The notes below the pieces were generated by a model. That model saw only the letters and a list, made by a program, of their open reading frames with translations, did not search any database and was not told the DNA's origin. From Balanoglossus misakiensis (lineage: Eukaryota > Animalia > Hemichordata), in assembly GCA_040954595.2 (NCBI GenBank), contig CM082588.2, positions 9,594,844 to 9,658,843 on the forward strand: a stretch of DNA of 64,000 nt. The letters are read 5' to 3'. A program made the position numbers and the translations under genes. Shown here piece after piece: positions 49,905-61,386 of this stretch (position 1 is the first letter of the stretch; every line of letters starts with the position of its first letter).

Positions 49905-52900
49905 ACCTCCAAATAACAGCTGAAGGGATCATCTGCTGCAATTTGAATATGGCGCCAATTTTACATGAACAAAGGAAAAGTTGAACTTTGACCTTTCAAG
50001 ACGCACTATTTTGATGGGGTAAAATGAAAACCATGTACTCACCAGATTGAAGTTGAAATAAAGGTTTATTTCCCTCATATAATGTTGTCATGGCTTGTTA
50101 AATAAGTGAATGAGTGACAGTAATTACTACTTGTGGCTAAAAATCATCCCAAACTGATTGGGAATTATGTATGTTCACGATTTTCTGAACTGTAGCGACA
50201 CTAAAATGATCTTGAACGCGGGCGGGCGCTAATGGTAGCGTCCATGTCAGTTGCTAGGATACGCGTATACGATCAGCTGATTTTACCCACAATGCATCAC
50301 GCCAACTAAGGCATTACGTAATGGCACCCCTGGACGAGCGTCCCAGGGTAAGGATAATTTACGAGGCGGAAAATACGAAAAATCCACCGCTAAACAGCTT
50401 TATTTTCTGACACCTCTGGTCGTAATCGAAGGTTAACATGTTCGCCCATTTCAAGATTACGATACTGTGTTTGAAAACGAAGTTAATGATTCAGCATAAC
50501 CCTATAAATGTTGGAATTTTGGCTGCCGGTCAATGGGTAGTCGATAATCTACATCGTCAAAATATTATGGCAGCGAAATACACTACAGTATGAGTCCTAT
50601 CAGAGAAAGTTGACGGGTCATAAGGTGAAACTAAAAAATAATAATGGGATTGTGAGCATCTAGCGGTGGATTTTTGGCCTTCTTTTAAGAATATCATTTT
50701 CGACCCCCAAAATGCCACTATTTGTCACATGATAATAGTTTTGGAGGTTTTCTCGGAAATGTCTCATTTTATTTGCTTGTCTTGAACATGAATTACATCA
50801 ACTGATTGGCTGGTGTGGTTACAATTGTTTATTATGCTCGATTAACGTATTCAGTCTGTCGATAGAGGGCGCCCACGCCTTAACGTACACGAGAATGGCG
50901 TTCCACCGGAAGTATCACCATGGTTGCCTACTTACTTCACAATTTCATTTTTATAGATCGATCGCCAAAAATTGAGATTATCCGAATTATTTTATACGTA
51001 ATCATAATTTACGCGTACAAGTGTCGTTTGTTGTTCCGAACGTATGTTCCACACGTATGCCACGTCACGTGACAAGGACGTTAGCCAATCACATGAAGCA
51101 ACATCTGCATGATACTATCGAATCAGAGCGCGAGCTCAAACGGATTAGGAGAGACATCTTGACCGCGTCTCTGAAAAGCCAAAGGTCATTGTTTAAATGA
51201 TAAAAAGGATTTAGCAAAGTTCACATCAAAATAGAGGAAAAATATGCACCTATCTATTATGTTGTTGATTGATTCATTCCAAGGTGTACATTAAGAACTG
51301 TCCCTCATTTGACTTAATAATCCAAATTACACAAACAATAAACGCATAAATTTTATTGTTATTAATGAAAATACTGGTAGAGTTGATAAGCTGAATACTG
51401 GACATTTAAGCATATCTCAATTTGCAAATATAGAACTGGAAGTGAACATAGTATCAATACCCAAACAACATGAAAATCACGCACCCTTTTTTAAAACTCT
51501 AGACCAAGGTAAAATAATTGCCTGAACATTTTTCATCACATCCCTTCTATATTTCCAAACACTTCTTGAACACAAATCCAAAATCCAATGGTCACATAAT
51601 CTAATCCAAACACACCCTTCAAATAAATCTATGTCATATAATCCAATCAAAGCACATATTTCAAATACATTTACATCCAACAATTGTGGAATTGGAAAAT
51701 GTGGAATTGAAAGTCTCTAGAGCTGCCACTTTTTAGCATTAATTTCCAACTTAAATTAGTCCATCTAAATAAGCTTACTTAGGTATACATGAACACCTTA
51801 TCGATGCCCGATTATGACTGCATGTTGCAATTTGAACACTTTTGTATTAAAACGGTGCCGCACCTATTTCATCAGCCTCCATACAAACAGTACGCAGCTA
51901 TCGTGGTTTACGTCGCCAAAAGATGACAAACTGATGCAAATGCGAGTAATATGTCTTAAGTTGAGGATTTAGAGGATAGGGAATATATTTGAAGTATTTT
52001 ATTGTTGAAAATGTGAAATTTGGCAGCTATACAGGCTTTAATAGACAGGCATTGAAATGACTTTACAAACAAATTTTTCTTGAATGTTTAAGACAGACAG
52101 AATCAACCCACAGTCAGCCTCAAATATATAAACTATTACAAAATGTTAATTAAATGGAAAATTTTGAAAAAATTTGCTTGGCCACTCATTTGATTGCATT
52201 TTTTCCATTTCATATTTTAGGCATGGTATATCAATATAATTTGTTGTGTTGTGTATATATTATGCTTGAAAACCAATTGACGGAAATATTAATTTAGAAT
52301 AATGGTTATATTTTGAGAAATCACAAAGATTTCTACATCACTCCCACATCATTGGTTGCTTAGCAACAGACATTCACCCTCCAAGCAAATTAATATCCTT
52401 TGAGAAGTATCGTGTGGAGAGGATCATGCAGTCACATAATCTTTGATTTGTACCATCCACCATTTCATTGTAGGCTTTATCATAAAGGTGTTATTTGGAT
52501 TTTTGGCAGTTTGTAAGGTGATATGAGAAATGCATTCCTTTCTGGCAAAAGACAACAACGTGTACTGCAAATTAATAGCTGGAATGATGATGATGATGAT
52601 GATGATGATAATAAATATTATTTTTTTAAAAACAATATTTTGAAAATAACTGTAAAAGAGATCGCCCACCGTCTCTCTCATATACAGGAGTGACGTCGTA
52701 AAGACACACAGCTCTGCCCAGCATAGCTCTGGACTTATACGCTGTTTGGGTCAACGCTGCTCTCCCTCCCCACAGCTATGGAGCCATCCATAGGAAAATC
52801 CGTTGGGTGCGGAGCAAAATGATACGCACCGATTTTCAAACAATAAACTACATGAACATGTACATAATGTTGTCAGAAATAAAAATCGAACGAAAATTTC

Positions 52901-53249
52901 ACAAATGGGAACCTACTTGACGTGTTTGTCGCCGAATCGTAAACGTCGTTAATGCAGCGCCGTAAAACTGGTGACCCTCCCATACAAACATGGACGTTCG
53001 CCTTCATTTAAGTCATGTGATCAACACGTGACACGTGTTTTACTATGCCAAGCAGAGCTACATGGTGCCTGCAATCTGCATGTGGCTAAAACGGCACATA
53101 TTCTAAGTTGTGCGTTTAATGTATCAGTAGAACAATACCTTCATTTTGCAGCTGTGTTGTTTTCATGTTCGCGGAAAACTTCTTTGCCACCATCGGTTTA
53201 AAACTATGAAAGCCAGTTGGGGACATGTACATACGCAATAAATAAAAAA

Positions 53250-53745
53250 ATATCTCGAGATCTCGAGATAATTCCATTCGTTTTCCTGACTTTTTATTTT
53301 TTTATCTCGAGATCTCGAGATAATTCAAGTTCGTTTTCCTGACTTTTTATTTTTATATCTCGAGATCTCGAGATAATTCCATTCGTTTTCCCGTTTTTTT
53401 ATTTTTTTATCTCGAGATCTCGAGATAATTTAAGTTCGTTTTCCTGACTTTTTATTTTTTTATCTCGAGATCTCGAGATAATGCTATTCGTTTTCCCGAC
53501 TTTTTATTTTTTTATCTCGAGATCTCGAGATAATTCAAGTTCGTTTTCCTGACTTTTTATTTTTTTATCTCGAGATCTCGAGATAATGCTATTCGTTTTC
53601 CCGACTTTTTATTTTTTTATCTCGAGATCTCGAGATAATTCAAGTTCGTTTTCCTGACTTTTTATTTTTTTATCTCGAGATCTCGAGATAATGCTATTCG
53701 TTTTCCCGACTTTTTATTTTGTTATCTCGAGATCTCGAGATAATT
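53250..53745 (+). repeat. Left subterminal array: 10 units of 52-53 bp containing the palindrome TATCTCGAGATCTCGAGATA
   Basis: Counted directly. Confidence 0.95.
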
Positions 53746-54178
53746 CTCTCGAAAGAGGGCGGTGTGTTGGTAGGGAGACTGTCCAGAGAGGACCATGCAT
53801 CGATATCGGTCCAGAGAGGGACATGCATCGATATCGGTACGGAGAATTGGCAAGCAAGCACTCAGTGTATTCAATGGTAGGAGTGATCGTCGGTTTCAGA
53901 GCTGCATGCTGCATCGTATCATCAGACTGAGTGCATGAGTCTTGGTAATTAGTTGACATTTCAACTTCGTAATATTTATAATTACTAGTTATACGTACTG
54001 GGACAAATTACCGAAGTCTTGGCCTGAGATTACTTTCCAAGTTGGAAAACTGACTCAGTGGTAAAGTTACTAAACAATTGGTTTCAATATTATACTTTAT
54101 TCATTATCATTTTACGATAATTCCCTTTATCTAATGCGACAATTAACATTCCTCCTCTATCGAACAGATAACGTCACC

Positions 54179-56147
54179 ATGGAAAGAGATGATATAATCC
54201 GTATCTATTTCAACATGGGCTTCAACTACAGTGAAATCCTGGCTACTTTAGCTGTCAATCATAACGTTGTCATTAGTATGCGTCATCTTAAAAGATTACT
54301 GAAGAAACTCGGACTTTTCAGACGGAAGTACCATTCAGACATCAATGAGGTAATAACATTTCTGAGAGAAGAGGTTGACAAATCTGGAAGACTCCACGGC
54401 TATCGGTGGATGCATTTAAAGTGTGTCCAGAGAGGATTGGTTATCGACAGGGAGAGTGTGCGGTTGTTACTCCAGATCATTGATCCCATAGGTGTGGAAT
54501 TAAGAAAGAGACGTCGTCTACGCCGTCGCCAGTATGGGTCTCCTGGGCCGAACTATATGTGGCACCTAGATTCGTATGACAAACTTTCCCCTTACGGAAT
54601 AGCAATCAATGGGTGTATAGACGGGTTTTCCAGGCGTGTAATTTGGGCTCAAGCTTATCACACCAACAGTGATCCGAAGATTATAGCAGGGTACTTCATC
54701 AAAGAAGTTGAAAGTCTGAAATCTTGCCCCCAAAACATGCGAGCGGATAGAGGCACAGAAAATGGACATGTTGAACAGTTCCAGAAGTTTCTAACAAATG
54801 ATGACAACTGCTTTTATTATGGCAGCAGTCAACTCAACCAACGCATAGAACGATGGTGGGGTACATTTCGCCAACACTGTGGACAGTTTTGGTTGGATCT
54901 TTTCTACAAACTAAAGGATGATGGAGTCTTCAGTGGTGATTATCTTGATAAAGATCTGGTCAGATTTTGCTTCCTGAAAATGATACAGGTAAGAAGAAGA
55001 ATTTGGGACTTAAAAAAATAATTGTCTTTCCTCAATCTGTTACACTATCACTTATACTGTATATACTTTAAATACTTATACAGAAAATATTGCTAGGATT
55101 GATATTATATAGTGAAAACGTACAATACAATAAAATATAAGAAGTCCCATGTATAAACTGACTAACAATAACCCTACGCTCTTCCAAATGGGAGGAGTAT
55201 AAAAAAGAACGTTTTTATGTATTGAAAAGAAAGGACTGCTCACATATTTTGGTTTAAACCTTCAAATACAAAGTAAAAAAGGCTTAAAATGTGCTGTACA
55301 TGTGTTGATATGTATCATGATGAACAAAAATCACAACCTGCAATGCATTGTGTGTGTGATTTAAGACTGTCCTTGTCTACTTATTCCAATTGTCCATTTT
55401 ATGCACCTCTATCCTGCATGCATATGTTGGACAACATTTTAGACTTTCCACTCCTTCGATAAATACCTTACTATTAATCTCGGATCGAATACTGTTGGTG
55501 TGATAAGCCTCATCATAAATTACACGCCAGCTGGTAAACCCGTCTATACACCAATTGATAATCTAATATATGTAAATTGTTATAATTATAATATTTGTAA
55601 TTTTATTCCGTTTGTTTGGTTATATTTCACTACAATAAATTAATTTTAGGTGTACCTTCCCGTCTGAAGAGTTCATGTAGATGAGGTGTCACCATGTATG
55701 TATCTTTTAGATATCCTATAGTACCTAGGGACTATGTTTAACTGATGCATGTATTAAACTGCTAACATTGAACTTCCTCATACATTTTGTGCCTGTCATT
55801 TTATAATTCAGGATGAACTGGATGATGCTGTAATGGAATGGAATTGTCACAGGATCAGTCGTTCACGTAACGCAGTCTCTCCCATCGGGCGACCTCACAT
55901 GATGTTCTTTGTCCCGGAGATGTATGGAAGTCATGATTTCGGATCAACTGTTTCTCAGGAACAGATTAACACATGCCGAGAGGAATGTGTGTTCAAAGGA
56001 GCGTGCCCCTGTGATGAAGATTTATTCGAGTACTGTGTCTCATACATGGTCGACAACAATATGCATTTACCTTCTGACCCATATTCTGCTGTGGAATTGT
56101 ACGTGAATCTCCGAAATTCTATAAAATATGAATCCTTATCTGACTAG
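54179..56147 (+). CDS. Integrase-core DDE transposase, two exons (54179-54988, 55812-56147), 381 aa, intact
   Basis: Kozak gtcaccATGG; motifs WHLDSYDKL, IDGFSRR, RADRGTEN, NQRIERWW; donor CAG|gtaaga and acceptor ttcag|GATGAACTG are in frame. Confidence 0.9.
55381..55559 (-). repeat. Diverged antisense copy of integrase exon segment 54605-54775, inside the integrase intron
   Basis: The reverse complement shares collinear exact blocks GGTGTATAGACGGGTTT, GGCGTGTAATTT, GCTTATCACACCAACAGT, GGATAGAGG and AAAATGGACA with the exon. Confidence 0.88.
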
Positions 56148-56671
56148 CAAGACCTTACTGTAAAAGGAAATTATTATACATCACCCAAACAACAACAACA
56201 ATGTCACTTCCATGCAAGGAACTGGATGAATTAAAGCAAGATATTTGTCAACACAACAAAGTTTTATTAACTTTCAGAACATAATGACAATATTGTTCAT
56301 CTTCAACACTGAAGTAATATGAAACTATGGCACAGACTTTGTGTTAATGTTAGATCTAATTCTGTAAAGTATAATACTGTCACCGCAAATAAAAGCTGAA
56401 ATACAACAACTTTGTGGCTCAACTGTTTGCACCTTAAAACCACATGATGCCCAGGCTTGGTTGTAGATGTAAATATGTAAACAAACTAACAAACATGTTA
56501 ATAAAGAAACTAAGTATACAGACGATAAGTGACAAGTAAAGCACTGATCTTCTTTGGTAGAGTGGAACAGAGACTACTCCTAGTTGTTTGTTTACATTAT
56601 ATCTACACCAATAACCAAGCCTGGTCATCCTGTGCTTTAACCATTATGTCACACACTGTGTCACATAGTAA

Positions 56672-56810
56672 CTGAATAAGTAACTGAATAACTCCCCACA
56701 ACAGGCTGAATAAGTAACTGAATAACTCCCCACAACAGGCTGAATAAGTAACTGAATAACTCCCCACAACAGGCTGAATAAGTAACTGAATAACTCCCCA
56801 CAACAGGCTG
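56672..56810 (+). repeat. 34-bp minisatellite, 4 copies (CTGAATAAGTAACTGAATAACTCCCCACAACAGG)
   Basis: Read directly from the sequence. Confidence 0.93.
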
Positions 56811-57198
56811 CAATAACACATCAAGTATTTAGCTTCTCCATATATTAGATAATATGTGTAAACATTTAACGTAATCAATAATAAAACAATTTGTAGGAAA
56901 TATGACAGTAAATGGCAACTGTATGAACATTTAAAGAAAACACTGAAAATAGTGCAAAGTTACAGGCGCATCCCTTAATGAATCCACATAAATTCACCTC
57001 TTCCATGCAGCAAAGAGGTGACTTCTGACACGTCAGGTTCATCATTGACATAATCATTACTTTGCATACCAAGTGACTTTACACAAGTATTCCCTGTATT
57101 CTTTCTATCAATGTAAGCCAAACACAACAATATTGTCCCTTTAATTCATGTAATAACTCACCATTGCTGTTCTACCAATGGAAACAATATCAATGGTC

Positions 57199-59665
57199 TC
57201 AAATAATATCCATGTCCCAAAAACCACTGTTCAAAACTGCATTGAACTCACTTCTGAATTCTACGAAGTTGGCATATGACAATGGCAGTTCAAGCACATT
57301 GCCACATGTGTGAGTAACTGGACGACGTTGTAAACCATCAAGTTTAACAAATGACACTTGAATCGGCTCTGCTGTCATTATGTCACAACCAGTGCAATAT
57401 CTCAGGAACTTCTTTAGAGTACTTTGTTCAAGTTCACGGATGTATCGTTTTAAGTGATTAGCAACAGCCCTCTCATCATTATTCAAGCATTCGGCGATTT
57501 GAAGATGTTGTAGGACTTTCTTTGTTGTTGGTTTCTTGTCATTATACAGTCTATCCAAGTTCTCTTTGCCAATTTGTTTGCCTAATGGCTGTAAGATTGG
57601 TCGCCAACTATCAATGACAAACATTGGCTCTTGTACTATCTCTTTATGCGCTATTTCGTGCAGAATGGATCCAATGTTTTCTTTGGTTGGCAGTCTTTTA
57701 CAGTCATGTCGGTCTAACACTTCAATTAACTCATCTTCTTCTACTTCTTGGAAGTTCTTCATTGCAGCTTCAAATACTTCACGGTCCGATTCAGACAGAA
57801 AGTGATAATACACTTGAAGTAGACTTGCCTCTTCACACTTCTGGTCTCCAAACATTACTTCTTCCATGAATGGCTTTGCAAACTCAATAGGGAAGTAATC
57901 CATTTCCTTCCAACCCTTCATGATTATTCTTGCTACAGCTTCCCATTTTTCTCTTGGGTAATCATGCCTAATGAATGGCACCCGGCAATTCTTTCCAACT
58001 GTGCAACATTCATAGAACTCGGACCAAAAACTTGTAAAACAGTCTCTCACAACTCCACTACCACTACCACGCTCAATATTACCTCCTGGCATAACCATGG
58101 CCACATTGATAGGACATGCCATAATCTTTGGATCTGAGAATTCTGAAATCATGTCATTCAAAACATCACTCCTGTGTATTACAAGTGTTCTAGTCTCCAC
58201 TGGGTCTTGATCTTCACTGATATGACTGGTAGTGTCTTGGGGCTGGGATTGGCTAACAGGTTCATCATTTTCAAAGAACGGCAATGTAGAATCAAGGCTT
58301 TCTGCTGAGTTACTATTGTAACCCCGTGATCCAAACTGAACAATGTTTGAATCATTATCACTAATCACCAGTGGTTCTGCATCAGAATCGACTGTCTCTA
58401 ATGTGACTTCAGAACCTACGTCAGGGATGGGTTCAGACTGGAATCTGCTACAACTGGGCATACCATGATCATGGTGAACTGTATCTAGGATATGCTTATT
58501 GTGGTTTCCTGCACTTGGTACACCTGCATCATTGCTCTCATCAGACAACATATCAATAGATTCCTGTGGAAGAGCTTGTGACTGTCCCTTGCTTGCTTGT
58601 CTCGTCTTTGCCGGTGGAACTGGCACATGCCTATCAAGTCCTGGATCAGGTAGATCAGCATCACTGCTGTCATCTGACAATGACACTGATTCTAATTGTG
58701 ACTGCTTACTTGTTTGTCTGCTCTTCTTTTTAGGTTTCACTACCTGTTCACAGTCTTTTCTCTTTGTCATAATGTAGAAGCGGAGCATTCTAAATCCAGT
58801 TACTTCATACAATTCGCCAACGGTGCTTGTTTCATCAATTGTTCTTTCTCCTGAATCTCTTATGTCAACGTGATAACTGTCCATGTCTCCTCGCTGTGAT
58901 ACGCCGTTGGGGAAAAACAAATCTTTTCCTGTAGTCAGGAGATCAGCTTTCGTGCTCGACTTACTTACTGATATACACCTTGTTCCACCACCTTTTCTGG
59001 CTCGAACTTGCTTGTATTCTTTTTCAATGAAATCAAAATCAAGCCATCCTATTTCAATTTTCCGCTTTATTTTTGCTGCATGTGTATTACCAAATGGTCT
59101 TGGTCTAGTTGAGGCTTGTCCACGATTACCTTTACTTGATTCTCCCTTGTCATCTGATACACTATTCTGCTTTCCATTTCGAAGGCTAAATTTTTGTCTT
59201 ATTTTTTTTCAGTAGTTCTGACTTCCTGCTCTCTCTGTCTGGAACAGTACAAAATAATCTGCGAGAGAAGTCCACAGCAGCAACTCTGTCCCCATAAGAT
59301 GTCAAATACTTAGATAACATCTCATCATCCATTAAGAGGATCACCGATGGATCAATCTGAAAATCAATTTAAAGCACATGGAATCTTAGTGCATACATAT
59401 GGGCAGAGGGTGCGGGGGGTCTCGCTAAATACATACATACATACATACATACATACGGGTACATACATACAAACAAACAAACAAACAAAGATGGAAAGAC
59501 TGTCAATGAATATTTTTCCACCTACTAGCCTTAAAGCTCATTTAGCCATATTTACATATATGCAACAAGAACTAATAAAAAATTTACCTTTTCCTGTTCA
59601 AGTCTGTCAATTTCCTCTTCAGGCACTCTGCGTCGTCTAAGAAATTCATATAGTTTTTCTGCCAT
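57199..59665 (-). CDS. HECT-domain E3 ubiquitin ligase-like protein (exons 59665-59588 and 59356-57199) with one extra A in an A8 run at 59202-59209
   Basis: N-terminal MAEKLYEFLRRRRV and RKIEIGW...QVRARKGGGTR...LFFPNG. HECT motifs GSGVVRD...FW and FLRYCTG...RRPVTHTCGNVLELP with the catalytic Cys. About 744 aa if the frameshift is corrected. Confidence 0.85.
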
Positions 59666-59925
59666 TTTGTCTGATCTGTTTGCTGAAGTAATATTTTTCT
59701 GTAAGGAAAATCAACAACAGTTAAATCAAAACTGATGTACCTAAAGACAAGCATGAAATAATGCATCAACTTGATTTTTATGAACAGTTTGGGAAATTTG
59801 AGAATATTATCTCAGAAGGAACAACTATCTACTTTCTCACCTTGAATAAAGTTGATATTTCACCAAAAATTACAGTGAAGCAAGAATTTTGTTCAGAATT
59901 TTTGATGAGGAAACTTCTCAATTGT

Positions 59926-60190
59926 CAACATACATACATACATACATACATACATACATACATACATACATACATACATACATACATACATACATACATA
60001 CAATTTAAAATAATTTAGGGAGTGATTAAGACTTCAACTTGGACTCTATTGATAATAATATAACTCTTTGTAATAAATGCCATCGGTGCTTAAATCTTCA
60101 ATATTAAATCAAGTCAATCAATGTGCACAAACATTACACACACACTCATTAATACATAGAGACAGACACAGACAGACACATACACACTCA

Positions 60191-60238
<48 letters not shown>
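59926..60238. repeat. (CATA)n and (CA)n microsatellites
   Basis: Seen at ~59928-60002 and ~60194-60238. Confidence 0.9.
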
Positions 60239-60241
<3 letters not shown>

Positions 60242-61047
60242 CCTATTTTGCTTTAATTTTTTTGTTTGAAACTTTCATATCAACTAAAGAGTTGTTGACG
60301 TTTGACCTTGGATGTACTGAGGTCACCATACACACTCACATTTGTCTGTGTCATAATCACAGACTGAAGCAAAGTAAAATAAATCACAGCAGCTGTACTG
60401 ATGTTAACATTGCATTGTTTAATATTCAAGATCAAGTTAAAGTGCATTTATTTATTGGAAGAATCCAGTTATGGCAACTTGATCCTAGGCGATGTAACTA
60501 TCCGCCCACACACAAGTTGAATCATGTATGATATATGTTTCAAACAGCGCGGCATAAGGCCAGAGTTAGCCTCAAGTTGTGATGGCATATATATATATAT
60601 ATATATATATATTGATGGCATATGTTACATCATGAATCAAAAATCAAGCAAGTTAAGTTGAGTACGAGATACTGACAAGAACGTCTCAGTCAACCTATTG
60701 CATGCAGCACATTGTCAACGTCGCGTCGATCGCGTTTGGCATGATCATGATGACGCTTGACGTGCAAGGCGACTCAATAGATTGCCACATCACAAACCAG
60801 TACAAATTGTGCATCGTGTGGTCATGTTACGTGTACGACAAATCTAACGGTTATGAGAAGGAGGTAAAATCTCAACTTACCAACACTCAGTCAGTCTGAT
60901 AAGATACGATGCAGCATGTAAGGCAGAATCCGACGAAAAGTCCTGGTACTAGGTCAAGCTAGTAAAAGAACGCCATATTCTCTGTACCGATACACCGCCC
61001 TCTCTGGACAGTCTCCGTACCAATACACCCGCCCTCTTTAGACAAAT

Positions 61048-61386
61048 TTATCTCGAGATCTCGAGATAAAAAAATAAAAAGTCGGGAAAACGAATTGGAA
61101 TTATCTCGAGATCTCGAGATAAAAAAATAAAAAGTCGGGAAAACGAACTTGAATTATCTCGAGATCTCGAGATAAAAAAAATAAAAAGTCGGGAAAACGA
61201 ATTGGAATTATCTCGAGATCTCGAGATAAAAAAATAAAAAGTCAGGAAAACGAATAGCATTATCTCGAGATCTCGAGATAAAAAAATAAAAAGTCAGGAA
61301 AACGAATGGAATTATCTCGAGATCTCGAGATAAAAAAATAAAAAGTCAGGAAAACGAATGGAATTATCTCGAGATCTCGAGATAAT
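61048..61386 (-). repeat. Right subterminal array: 7 units of the same palindromic repeat, inverted
   Basis: Counted directly. Confidence 0.95.

Noticed and set aside
43200-50900. TIRs for the RAG1-like element (e.g. CACACTG at ~43285)
   Set aside because: No matching inverted partner or TSD was found.
53250-53745. CRISPR-like array of palindromic repeats
   Set aside because: The spacers are near-identical and the array is mirrored at the other end of the transposon.
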